Shown: positions 30,591-43,675 of the stretch, one piece after another
How the letters are laid out: each line of letters opens with the position of its first letter
How positions within the stretch are numbered: the stretch's first letter is position 1
Source: Eledone cirrhosa
Taxonomy: Eukaryota
Reading direction: 5' to 3'
NCBI GenBank assembly: GCA_964016885.1
Contig: OZ024747.1
Location: 85,870,001-85,934,000 of the forward strand
Length of the DNA: 64,000 nt
Notes under the pieces: model-generated
Seen by the model: the letters and a program-made list of their open reading frames with translations, nothing else
Database searches by the model: none
What the model was told of the DNA's origin: nothing
Translations under genes and position numbers: made by a program

Positions 30591-30991
30591 ATAACTAACG
30601 TTTATCTTTTTACTTTGTAGCCTTTACTTTGTAAAGATTTTCAACTGTTCCTCTGTACACAGAAAATAAGAGTACGAATGATGATGATGTTGATAATGTT
30701 GATGATAATGTTGTTGGTAGTAGTGTTTGTGGTGGAGGTGATAATATCAATGATGATTATAACCTTATGGAGGGAATGTGCTGAAATTTGGAGTGTTTTA
30801 AGTACGGAATGTACGTGAACAGGTTGTAGTGTTGGTGTGAGGAAAACACAAGTTTACACTCCATCCAGAAACACACACACAAATACACGTACGAGCGTTC
30901 ACACACACAGGCACACACAGACACACACACAGACACACACACAGACACACACACAGACACAGACACAGACACAGACACAGACACACACAGA

Positions 30992-31060
<69 letters not shown>

Positions 31061-31162
31061 ACACGCATGCATATACGTACACAAATAACTCAAATGATAG
31101 TGATAAGATCACAGCAAGAACGGAAGTTTAGAGATAAAGAATATATATATATATATATATGG

Positions 31163-31193
<31 letters not shown>

Positions 31194-31370
31194 TGTGTGT
31201 GTGTGAGTGTGTGTGTGTGAGTGTGTGCGTGCGCGTGAGTGTGTGTGTGTGTAACTATAGGTGTATGTATATCTGGTAGGGTGTGATACGAAGCGGTATT
31301 TTTACCGAAGAAACGACGTTTAGTACATATTGAGAAACGCACAATCACGTGCATATATGCAACACACGTG

Positions 31371-31409
<39 letters not shown>

Positions 31410-31471
31410 TATATATATACATATATATATATACATATATATATACATATATATACATATATATATATACA

Positions 31472-31502
<31 letters not shown>

Positions 31503-31504
<2 letters not shown>

Positions 31505-33406
31505 GAATATAGACATAGAATATTCGAAAATATTCTGTAAGTTTATAATAAACATTTTGAAGACCTAATCGCTATAGAATAGAATACGTCACGTATTACA
31601 ATTAGATTCTCGATAAAAGCAAGGGAAGTAATCTACGCGTTTCATTCTCGTTAGAAATCATCAGGACTACATATCCAGTGCTTTTATCGAGAATGACACA
31701 GCTAGAGACTTATAGAATACTTAGCTGTGTACAGGAACTGGTTTGAAAGAGCGGTTGCCGGTCCGGCAGAAATTAGAAATTGGAATAAATGCTCTGAAAT
31801 AGCGATATATATGTGAATATAGACATAGAATATTCGAAAATATTCTGTATGTTTATAATAAACATTTTGAAGACCTAATCGCTATAGAATAGAATACGTC
31901 ACGTATTACAATTAGATTCTCGATAAAAGCAAGGGAAGTAATCTACGCGTTTCATTCTCGTTAGAAATCATCAGGACTACATATCCAGTGCTTTTATCGA
32001 GAATGACACAGCTAGAGACTTATAGAATACTTAGCTGTGTACAGGAACTGGTTTGAAAGAGCGGTTGCCGGTCCGGCAGAAATTAGAAATTGGAATAAAT
32101 GCTCTGAAATAGCGATATATATGTGAATATAGACATAGAATATTCGAAAATATTCTGTATGTTTATAATAAACATTTTGAAGACCTAATCGCTATAGAAT
32201 AGAATACGTCACGTATTACAATTAGATTCTCGATAAAAGCAAGGGAAGTAATCTACGCGTTTCATTCTCGTTAGAAATCATCAGGACTACATATCCAGTG
32301 CTTTTATCGAGAATGACACAGCTAGAGACTTATAGAATACTTAGCTGTGTACAGGAACTGGTTTGAAAGAGCGGTTGCCGGTCCGGCAGAAATTAGAAAT
32401 TGGAATAAATGCTCTGAAATAGCGATATATATGTGAATATAGACATAGAATATTCGAAAATATTCTGTATGTTTATAATAAACATTTTGAAGACCTAATC
32501 GCTATAGAATAGAATACGTCACGTATTACAATTAGATTCTCGATAAAAGCAAGGGAAGTAATCTACGCGTTTCATTCTCGTTAGAAATCATCAGGACTAC
32601 ATATCCAGTGCTTTTATCGAGAATGACACAGCTAGAGACTTATAGAATACTTAGCTGTGTACAGGAACTGGTTTGAAAGAGCGGTTGCCGGTCCGGCAGA
32701 AAAAAATGTTTATTATAAACATACAGAATATTTTCGAATATTCTATGTCTATATTCACATATATATCGCTATTTCAGAGCATTTATTCCAATTTCTAATT
32801 TCTGCCGGACCGGCAACCGCTCTTTCAAACCAGTTCCTGTACACAGCTAAGTATTCTATAAGTCTCTAGCTGTGTCATTCTCGATAAAAGCACTGGATAT
32901 GTAGTCCTGATGATTTCTAACGAGAATGAAACGCGTAGATTACTTCCCTTGCTTTTATCGAGAATCTAATTGTAATACGTGACGTATTCTATTCTATAGC
33001 GATTAGGTCTTCAAAATGTTTATTATAAACATACAGAATATTTTCGAATATTCTATGTCTATATTCACATATATATCGCTATTTCAGAGCATTTATTCCA
33101 ATTTCTAATTTCTGCCGGACCGGCAACCGCTCTTTCAAACCAGTTCCTGTACACAGCTAAGTATTCTATAAGTCTCTAGCTGTGTCATTCTCGATAAAAG
33201 CACTGGATATGTAGTCCTGATGATTTCTAACGAGAATGAAACGCGTAGATTACTTCCCTTGCTTTTATCGAGAATCTAATTGTAATACGTGACGTATTCT
33301 ATTCTATAGCGATTAGGTCTTCAAAATGTTTATTATAAACATACAGAATATTTTCGAATATTCTATGTCTATATTCACATATATATCGCTATTTCAGAGC
33401 ATTTAT

Positions 33407-33411
<5 letters not shown>
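31503..33411. mobile_element. Retrozyme-like array: 310-bp HHR monomer x~3.9 (HHR on -) then x~2.3 inverted (HHR on +), in (TA)n
   Basis: Unit starts at 31505, 31815, 32125, 32435; inversion at ~32703; one HHR per complete monomer. Confidence 0.9.
32901..32943 (+). ncRNA. Type-I HHR of the 310-bp monomer (also + 33211-33253; - 31628-31670, 31938-31980, 32248-32290, 32558-32600)
   Basis: gtagtc-CTGATGA-tttct aacg agaat-GAAAC gc GTA-gattac, enclosed by a 15-bp helix attctcgataaaagc/gcttttatcgagaat. Confidence 0.88.
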
Positions 33412-33469
<58 letters not shown>

Positions 33470-33704
33470 CATATATATATATATATACACATACATACAT
33501 ACACTCTTGTGTGTATACTGGCGTGTATACGTGTAAATGGTGCTTTATATTTTTTAGAGTCAAACTTGCTGTTTCTATAAATATATTTTGAGATTTCTGT
33601 ACACATGTTATATATACATGCAAACACGTGCATGTATATAAGTACAAACATAAACATATGTACACACACACGCACACACACACACACACACACGCACACA
33701 CACA

Positions 33705-33818
<114 letters not shown>

Positions 33819-34008
33819 AACACGCACATTTTATTTATTGTCTTCAATCATGTGGTCATACTAGAGCACCGCTTTCATAAGTTGTAATCGTTTTATCAAG
33901 CACAGCAATTATTCCAGGCTGCTACTTACTTCATCGACCTCTGTCTCTCCATACGGTATTGCTGATGAATGGACATTGACATAGATACACGGAGCTGAAA
34001 ACATGCAT

Positions 34009-34075
<67 letters not shown>

Positions 34076-34140
34076 CACACACATACAATTAATTACGTTT
34101 TAGTATACAAGGATAATGCAGTCAACTAGTGAAAGCAAAC

Positions 34141-34175
34141 GACATGTTTCGATCGTGTTAACTCTCTTCAGCGAA
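34141..34175 (-). ncRNA. HHR core with decayed stems
   Basis: Reverse strand CTGAAGA-gagttaacacgatc-GAAAC at GTC; stem I not paired. Confidence 0.45.
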
Positions 34176-34244
34176 GAGTATTCACCCAAGCTGGATTGAA
34201 TACAAGGTGGAATAACAGCAACGTTAGTTACGTATATGAAAATA

Positions 34245-35200
34245 ATCACAATAACCATCACCGTCATCATCATCATCGTTATCATCATCATCATCATTCT
34301 CATCGTCATCATCATCGTCATCATCATCGTCATCACAACCACCATCACAACCTCCATTACAACCACAATCATAATCACAACCTCCATCACAACCCCCATC
34401 ACAACCACCATTATAGCCACCATCATAACCTTCATCACAACCTCCATCACAACCCCCATCACAACCACCATCATAGCCACCATCACAACCTCCATCACAA
34501 CCCCCATCACAACCACCATCATAGCCACCATCACAACCTCCATCACAACCCCCATCACAACCACCATTATAGCCACCATCATAACCTTCATCACAACCTC
34601 CATCACAACACCCATCACAACCACCATTATAACCACCATCATAGCCACCATCACAACCTCCATCACAACCCCCATCACAACCACCATCACAACCTCCATC
34701 ACAACCCCCATCACAACCACCATCATAGCCACCATCATAACCTTCATCACAACCTCCATCACAACCCCCATCACAACCACCATTATAACCCCCATCACAA
34801 CCACCATCATAGCCACCATCATAACCTTCATCACAACCCCCATCACAACCACCATCACAACCACCATCACAACACCCATCACAACCACCATCATAGCCAC
34901 CATCATAACCTTCATCACAACACCCATCACAACACACATCATCACCACTATCACAACCACCATTATAACCACCATCACAACCACCATCATAACCACCATC
35001 ACAACCACCATCATAACCACCATCACGACCACCATTATAACCACCATCACAACCTCCATCATAACCTCCATCACAACCACCATCATAACCTCCATCATAA
35101 CCTCCATCACAACCACCATCATAACCTCCACCACAACCAACATCACAACCTCCATCACAACCACCACCAGAACCACCACCATAATCACAACCCCCATAAG
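34245..35200. repeat. Degenerate 12-bp repeat (aaccaccatcac variants) and (CAT)n
   Basis: Seen directly; explains three overlapping low-complexity ORFs. Confidence 0.92.
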
Positions 35201-35403
35201 CAATACAATCTGCCCACCAAAGCCCCCCCCCCCTCCTGATATGAATCAGTACGCATATTTAAATCATTTGGGATTGATCCTGAAATAGTAAATCAGATAT
35301 CTATATCCAGTATATCAAGCACGGACTGTCTCCTGTTTCTCCTGGGAATTTTACTGTGCAATCACACTCAGGGGATTTATGTGTAATTATATATATATAT
35401 AAT

Positions 35404-35484
<81 letters not shown>

Positions 35485-36639
35485 AATTTGGTCGATTTGG
35501 AAGCCTCAACAATGCAGATGGGTAAATCTCCGGGTAACAGAATCCGGCAGTGAAGAGAGAGATGTAAGGGAATGTAGAATGAGATGTATAGTGTGTAGAG
35601 GAACGTAGGAAAGAGTGTAAAAATAATGCTTTCTTTATACGAGATAGAGTTACCTTGGAAGAGATTTAAATGTCCCTATATTTCGGATTTCGGATTTCGC
35701 ATCCATCAACTGGGGGTTTTACCGAGGGGGAAAGTTTTTAGTCGGAGAGGAACGGTACGTGGCCTCTGTTGTCCGCCGTTTGTGTACAACTGAGATATTC
35801 TGTAGAGCGCGCGTGCGCGCGGAATAGGTGCGGTCAAGCAAAGGTGGAGGCAGTTCCTCTTTACTATGGGAGTGGGGTGGTGCTTCACTGGCAATCCATT
35901 ATACTACTTATATTCAGTCTTTGATACTGGCAGTGTTGGTAGTCTGCCTGGTTGTCGTTTGTTGGTCGGTGGATGGTGGGCGCGCTATACACACAATAAC
36001 AATCGTTCGAATGCCACTGTGTGTGTGTGCGTGTGTATCAGTTAAGACAGCCTGAGCTCTTCAGACGGCAAACAATTCATGACTGTGTGTGTGTGTGTTT
36101 GACATCTGACATCGTACACGGGCACGCACGTGTGCATGCACACGTGCGCGCGCGTACATACCCACATCTGTGCGCACACACACAGACATGAAGTTAGACA
36201 TAGTCAGACACACACATCTACATGAGTACATGCATACACATGCATGTACATGTGCATACACACAGATGTACATATACAAACATACGTACACACACATGAT
36301 GATGGCTGCAATTCGATTTCGAGTAACGCCATCGCTTCATACTTAAGCATGACGTGGCTTTTTAGTCCTGCTAGGGACTTGCCTATGGCCAGCAATACCA
36401 TGCATCGCAAAAGAATGTCACATATCAAGCGATGCCTTGCTTGAAGCTTTCTTTTAGTGAGAAAAGGCTTTGCATGGGGCCAATCCCACTCTCTGAACAT
36501 CGAATGCATTTACCCAAACAGTAGAACTGGTCTACATCATTGGATGGAAACGATGTCACAGGTCTTATATCAGGGTGACTTTCTCCTAGGGAAATGTTTT
36601 AATGAACACTACCGAGTCTCTCGCTCCACACAAAAAAAA

Positions 36640-37410
36640 AAATCTTTATTGGATGGCTGTTGACTCTCCTGAGTCCCCCGCCCTTTGACAGATCTTGTTT
36701 TTCATCCCGCAAGGTTTTATTTTTGCTGCTCAGGACCATAGTCTCTTTACTAGAAATTATCAGGCAAATATTCTCAGAAATGGAGCACACTCCAAATGTA
36801 GGATATGTGATGTACAGCTTGAAACAATTGACCATATTATATTAGGATATCCCACACTAGCACCAACTGAATATAAAATTAGACATGATAGGGTGGGGCA
36901 ATATATCTACTGGATAATATGCAAAAAATACAATGCAGAACATACAGAAAACTGGTATGAACACAAACCACAACCAGTAACTAAGACTGAAGGAGCAACA
37001 ATCCTTTGGGACTTTACCATTCACACAGATCGCACTATTAATGTAAACCGCCCTGATAGTATTATTATTAAAAGGTGGTGGATTGGCAGTATCGGTAGAG
37101 GGTCGGACGCCAATTATTATTAAAGATTAAAAAAAAAAACAAGATCTGTTAACTCATTGACATTTCTATCGTCTGATAGAAATGTGTCAGCAAGAGAGTA
37201 TGAGAAACTTGCTAAATATAAAGATCTATAAAATGGGTTGAACAGAATGCGGCACCTTAAAACACAAACTATTTCCGTAGAGATAGGTGTCGTAAACAAA
37301 GGTGTTCCAAAGTTTCTAGAAAACGTACCTGGTAAACCTAGCATTTATGAAATCCCAAAGATAGTTCTAACAAGCACTGCCCACATACTTCGTAATTTAT
37401 TGTCCCTGTA
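36640..37410 (+). pseudogene. R4/Dong-type RLE LINE 3' coding fragment
   Basis: GFIFAAQD..KCRIC...ETIDHII..Y..RHDRV..WYEHKPQPV..ILWDFTIHTD..NRPD, then EKLAKYKDL..STAHILR; disrupted. Confidence 0.85.
37073..37112 (+). mobile_element. SINE 5' head only, inserted in the R4/Dong fragment
   Basis: ggtggattggcagtatcggtagagggtcggacgcca flanked by attattattaaa at 37061-37072 and 37113-37124. Confidence 0.75.
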
Positions 37411-37734
37411 ATCGATGTCAACACAATCTTTTCTGCATAATCTTTGGAGCAAATTTAATTACTATTTAATACTCTGAATGCAAAATCAATTCATATCTTT
37501 TATACGCCTCAATACTTTTTTTTATCTCCTCCTACTCCTATCTTTTTATATTTTTCCTTTTTTAAAAAACTTATTTATCTATCAACTTTTGTGATGTGAC
37601 TTGTTAAGTGAATGTGGGGTTGGAACATAAAAAAAAAAGCTAACGAAGCTATCAAAACCAACGATGGCTGCAGTATCAAGTTGATACTCGGTAGACATTA
37701 CACATACAGCGAAATCAAAGGAAAATAATCATAA

Positions 37735-37872
37735 TAACAATGTTTCTACTTTTGGCACAAGGCCATCAATTACCTCAGTGCATTACTGGTACTTTATTTT
37801 TATCGACCCCGTAAGGATGAAAGGCAAAGCTAACATCGGTGGGATTTGGACTCAGAACGTAAAGGGCCGTAC
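37735..37872 (-). mobile_element. tRNA/Meta SINE, 5'-truncated
   Basis: Reverse complement of consensus. Confidence 0.85.
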
Positions 37873-37877
37873 CTCCT

Positions 37878-38280
37878 ATGGCCCTTTACATTCTGAGTTC
37901 AAATCCCGCTGAGGTTAACTTTGCCTTTATTGTAGTAGGGAAAAACTGTGGTGGGAAAAGCTGTGATGTGTGTATCCCTCAATGGATTTATTTTGTTTGG
38001 TGGAGTATGGTCTGTACGTCTGCATATCATAATATAGAGGTGTGTGGCGTGTATAAAGACAGATGACTAGGTTTGCTAGTTGTGGGATCTATTGTGATAT
38101 ATTTATATATAGAATCATTAGACCATCTGACTGATAAAATGACAAGTCAGTCAATCATATTGGTGGCCTCCCCACAGGTTAACTTTGCCTTTCATCCTGA
38201 CGGGGTCGATAAAATAAAGTACCAGTAATGTACTGGGATAATTGCTGGCCTTGTGCCAAAAGTAGAAACAATTATTATTT
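37878..38280 (+). mobile_element. tRNA/Meta SINE split by a 247-bp insert (37929-38175)
   Basis: aggttaactttgccttt duplicated at 37912-37928 and 38176-38192; insert end matches CRE 3' sequence at 22536-22578. Confidence 0.8.
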
Positions 38281-38301
38281 TTATTATAACACACACACAC
38301 T

Positions 38302-38407
<106 letters not shown>

Positions 38408-38546
38408 TATATATGTACGTATGTATATATGTATGTGTATATGTGATAAACAAGTATTCTAATGCATTTTCTGATTGGAGGTGGGTAGAAAACGATTACA
38501 GGGCGTAATACTGGTCTGCCATTACATACATACAAACATACACCCC

Positions 38547-38609
<63 letters not shown>

Positions 38610-39366
38610 AGCGAGAATCGCATTTCGGCGGGTAGAAATTAGCGAAACGCAACTTCCATATTGTGCAGACAAGCGCTCCATGGATCTGAAGAAGATACCA
38701 GAGCTATAAACATAAGTTACAATGGTCATACACGCTGAGACGATGGTTAAGAAGCCATTAACCACCGTAGAAAAAAAAAACCGAACAAGCTAAACGGGTC
38801 AAACAAAATGAGATATGATTGAAATAGTTTACCCGGACCCCCGGGGACGAGGGAATACTCCGAAATTGGGTTTCTGCAACACCTAAATCAATAATACTGT
38901 CTGCTTATAAAAAATAAGCTTTTGGTATAATGTTCGAACAAGGCATCGCTTTCTCAACAGGTTTTTGTTCTTCTTGCGCCAGAATCTCACAGGTTATGAA
39001 AGCACATGTGAGATTCTAAGGGTAGAAAACCCCTATTTTGGCCAGTGAATTCAGCATGTGTAGTTATTGCAAACATTTGCAAAAACCGCACAAAACGAAT
39101 TAAGCTCTCGACCGAGTTGTTTTTAAAATAAAAAAACATACGCACCAGTTGCTTTCACTCCAATTTATTATAAATTAAACATTTTTTCAAAAACATTTAA
39201 AAAAAAAAATAGGTCCATTCATGTTGACATCTCTTGCAAAACTGTTGGTGGTGGCGTTTTGTGTATGATTTGTTTTTTTTAGAAAAGTGGATGATGGCGT
39301 GCGTCTACCTGAAATGAAAAAAAAAAACGTTTTGTAAAAAGAGCTATACTTGAGCATGTGCGTAAG

Positions 39367-39413
<47 letters not shown>

Positions 39414-39675
39414 ATAGGTCCGTACGAAGCTAAGAAGAGATGTGTGCATGTAAGTACGAAGCTATGAGCAAAGAGATATACAGATGTATATGCAAACCCA
39501 TACGTATATTATATTCGTTTATTATCAGTCAGCAATCAGTCTTGCTTGTTCAGACAAATTGAAAGCCTCGCTACTTGTCTCTCCCCCTCCCCATCTCGCC
39601 ATTCTCTCCTATATTCTATATATGATTCCCTCTCTCTCCCCACTACCCGTCTGTCTGTTTAGTCCCACCCCCCGC

Positions 39676-39718
<43 letters not shown>

Positions 39719-39751
39719 TCTCTCTCTCTCACACACACTCTCTCTCACACA

Positions 39752-39782
<31 letters not shown>

Positions 39783-39989
39783 TCTCTTTCTCTACCCATC
39801 TCTCTCTCTCTATTGAGCAGAGGCGTTTAATGTTTTTTTACCTAAATTTAGATTAGAATAAACAAGATACATGATAGCTATAAGAGAAACTCTTAAACAG
39901 CAGTGTAATTATAATTATTATTATTATTATTGCTAGTTAGTCCGTCTATTTGGGAGCGGGTTGTATCAATAAATAACACTTACTGCTCC

Positions 39990-40560
39990 TTTCACCACCA
40001 TTGTCGCCACCACCACCGCCGTCATCGTCACCAGACCACCACACCACCGCTGCTATCGCCACCATTGCCACCACCACTGCCATCGCCACCACCGCCGCCA
40101 TCGCCACCACACGACAATCGCCACCACACCACCGCACCACCGCCGCCAGCACCACCGCCACGACCACCACCACAACACCATCGCTCCCCCCCATCGCCAC
40201 CACACCACCATCGCCACCACCGACACCACTCCACCATCGCCACCACCACCACCACCACCACACCACCATTTCCAGCAGCGCTCCTACCATAAATGGCTCT
40301 ATGGTCGAGTGAAAGGAGGGCAGCAGGTGTGGTGGTGTGTGATACAACATCACCATCACACTCCTCACTGTTGCTGCATGGTGTAATTGAACACTGGTCG
40401 TATTTGGCGCCACCACATCACCACCACCACACCGCCACTACACCGCCACCGCGACCGCCACCACCACCACCACCACCACACCACCACCGTCACCACACCA
40501 CCACCACCACTACACCACCACCACCACCACCGACACTACTACTGCTACCAGCGCCATCGT
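39990..40560. repeat. (CAC)/(CGC)-rich low-complexity tract
   Basis: Seen directly. Confidence 0.85.
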
Positions 40561-40699
40561 CATTTCAGTTGTTATATCAGTTAATAGTGAAATAATCAAC
40601 TGTAAGACTCACTCTATGAACGACTGTAAAATTTGTCAAATATCTACTAGAACTTCGCTGAGACCAAACGAAAAATAAAACAAAATCTATATATTTCTT

Positions 40700-42069
40700 T
40701 CTCTGCGGGATATTTCCTTCATCAGCTACTGCCAGGAAATCTCTGCGTGACATTCCTTTCATCAGCTACTGCCAGGAAATCTCTGCGTGACGTTCCCTTC
40801 ATCAGCTACGATCTCAGGAAATCTCTGCAGGATATTCTCTTCATCAGCTACGATCAGGAAATCTCTTCGAGATATTCCCTTCATCAGCTACTGCCAGGAA
40901 ATCTCTGCAGGATATTCTCTTCATCAGCTACGATCAGGAAATCTCTGCGGGACATTCCCTTCATCAGCTACTGCCAGGAAATCTCTGCGGGACATTCCCT
41001 TCATCAGCTACTGCCAGGAAATCTCTGCGGGACAATCCCTTCATTAGCTACGGTCAGGAAATCTCTGCGTGACAATCCCTTCATCAGCTACAGTCAGGAA
41101 ATCTCTGCGTGACAATCCCTTCATCAGCTACGATCAGGAAATCTCTGCGTGACATTCCCTTCATCAGCTACGGTCAGGAAATCTCTGCGTGACATTCCCT
41201 TCATCAGCTACGATCAGGAAATCTCTGCGTGACATTCCCTTCATCAGCTACGATCAGGAAATCTCTGCGTGACAATCCCTTCATCAGCTACTGCCAGGAA
41301 ATCTCTGCGGGACATTCCCTTCATCAGCTACTGCCAGGAAATCTCTGCGGGACAATCCCTTCATTAGCTACGGTCAGGAAATCTCTGCGTGACAATCCCT
41401 TCATCAGCTACAGTCAGGAAATCTCTGCGTGACAATCCCTTCATCAGCTACGATCAGGAAATCTCTGCGTGACATTCCCTTCATCAGCTACGGTCAGGAA
41501 ATCTCTGCGTGACATTCCCTTCATCAGCTACGGTCAGGAAATCTCTGCGTGACATTCCCTTCATCAGCTACGGTCAGGAAATCTCTGCGTGACAATCCCT
41601 TCATCAGCTACGGTCAGGAAATCTCTGCGTGACATTCCCTTCATCAGCTACGGTCAGGAAATCTCTGCGTGACAATCCCTTCATCAGCTACTGCCAGGAA
41701 ATCTCTGCGGGACATTCCCTTCATCAGCTACTGCCAGGAAATCTCTGCGGGACAATCCCTTCATTAGCTACGGTCAGGAAATCTCTGCGTGACAATCCCT
41801 TCATCAGCTACAGTCAGGAAATCTCTGCGTGACAATCCCTTCATCAGCTACGATCAGGAAATCTCTGCGTGACATTCCCTTCATCAGCTACGGTCAGGAA
41901 ATCTCTGCGTGACATTCCCTTCATCAGCTACGGTCAGGAAATCTCTGCGTGACATTCCCTTCATCAGCTACGGTCAGGAAATCTCTGCGTGACAATCCCT
42001 TCATCAGCTACGGTCAGGAAATCTCTGCGTGACATTCCCTTCATCAGCTACGGTCAGGAAATCTCTGCG
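40700..42069. repeat. 40-bp minisatellite caggaaatctctgcgtgacattcccttcatcagctacggt (~34 units)
   Basis: Tandem array with repeating blocks of variants. Confidence 0.97.
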
Positions 42070-42329
42070 ATTTCAACACCTATATTCAAATGAAGTTCAG
42101 ATATAAAAGAATAAGCTTAAAAAGAATTTATTATATCAAATAAACCAAAAATAAAATATAGACGTTTGAAAAAGTGTGTGTGTGTGGGTGTGCATGCCAC
42201 TATCACCAGAATCGTCATACTGTCCTAACCATTCTCAACAATTGGGACTTCTTTTTGTTGAGGCAGACCATGCCCTAAGGTCGAGGCGCAACATTCTTAT
42301 AGCAATAGGGTTTGGGGATACTAGTCCCA

Positions 42330-42720
42330 TTAAACCATAGAAATCAAAATTCATGCCAGTCGACTCTATTTCTGATAGAGTCTTTTGAAGTATGTCAATA
42401 AGGTTAGTACTTTGTTTCCCACTGTTAATCCGTCCATCTATTAGTTTCCATAACACGACATTTGAGACTATTTATTCGAGATATCTTCTTTCTCCAGATT
42501 AATCCGTCCATGTGCTGGCTACTATAAAACCAGATTTGAGGCTACTTCTTCAAGATGTTGCACAGTGACCTACCAATAGCAACCTTCCATGGTTTATCGG
42601 ACCGTGTATTGGCTGCCACAACACCAGATGTGAGGCTATTTCTTTCGGATGTTTCACACAATGACCTGCAAGTGTCAATATTCACTGAGCCATCATTTCA
42701 GTTAACTTTGGCAAAACATA
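42330..42720 (-). pseudogene. Old RTE-like LINE C-terminal remnant
   Basis: Hand translation LAGHCVKHPKEIASHLVLWQPIHG; similar EEVASNLVL**PAHGRIN and LWKLIDGRINSG segments follow. Confidence 0.6.
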
Positions 42721-42725
42721 AAATA

Positions 42726-43335
42726 TTCTTCTTCTTCGCCTATATGTTCCTGAGAGGGCTGTGGGGGCAGAGTCCTCAAACGCTCCCTCCAGCGGGTCCT
42801 GTCAGCAGAAACCGTCCCAAGCTGATCCGGCTTGATCCTCAAGCGAGACCAGCCAAGCTCATGGATATTATCCAACCATCTTGTTCGGGGTCTACGCATG
42901 GGTCTCCTGCCGGCTGGTTTTGCCCGTAAAATCTGTCCAACGATTCTTTCCTGAGACATTCTAACTACATATCCATAGTATCAGAGCTGTGATCTCTCAA
43001 TTCGGAAAAGTAGTGGCTCTACCTGGAGTGACTCTGATCTCCAAGCTACACACTCTATTGAGTAATGTTACTCCAAAGACCCTTTGGAGAAACCCCATTT
43101 CAGCCGCTTGTATTCGCGATCGTTTTCTTTTGATTATTACCCATGATTCATGACCATAGGTAATGGTTGGCACGAATACTGAATTGAAGATAGCTAGTTT
43201 GGCTGTTACGCCTACCTCCCTTCTACTGAATGCTGAAGCTGGCACATTACTGCAACAGCTCTTGCAATACGTGCAACTAATTCAGCCTCCTGCCTTCCAT
43301 AATTCATGAACACGGCCCCGAGATACTTGAACTTA
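42726..43335 (-). pseudogene. RTE-clade LINE 3' fragment with (GAA)n tail
   Basis: FKYLGAVF; KLAIFNSVFVPTITYGHESW..RSRIQAAEMGFL; GRRPMRRPRTRWLD. Confidence 0.88.
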
Positions 43336-43359
43336 GAGGACCATAAATCTGACAGTTTA

Positions 43360-43580
43360 ATCATAAAGGCCGGAACATATATCGATTCTCTTAGTGTTAA
43401 GCAAAACGGCTCTCTTCTAGATAGGACGGCGATCTCTCGAAGATTTAACTCCCAGATGCTGTTGCTGCTGACACATTTTAGCTGAGTGGGCTAAAGTACC
43501 GTGAAATAAAGTATCTTGCTGAAGCACACAACATAGTCATACAAGCTTATGATAAACAGACCCACTAAGCCACGTCCTTT
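43360..43580 (-). mobile_element. Diverged CORE-type tRNA SINE
   Basis: gaaataaagtatcttgctgaagcacacaac resembles CORE reverse complement; ccactaagccacg is an A-box reverse complement. Confidence 0.55.
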
Positions 43581-43675
43581 TACATAGAATCTCGGTGTTT
43601 GAAAACCAAAACATGAAGTTGAAATGAATTTTAAAGATTGTTAGCTATATGGCACCTCGAGTACCTTCAGGCGCT

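Noticed and set aside
34100-35288. His-rich, Thr/Ile-rich or GGCDGG-repeat protein (beak/cuticle-like)
   Set aside because: Four overlapping frames are open only because a 12-bp repeat lacks stops; no signal peptide or splice context.
38600-39130. Possible DNA transposon remnant (also 5330-5650, 54600-55040)
   Set aside because: No TIR pair, TSD or transposase motif identifiable by eye.
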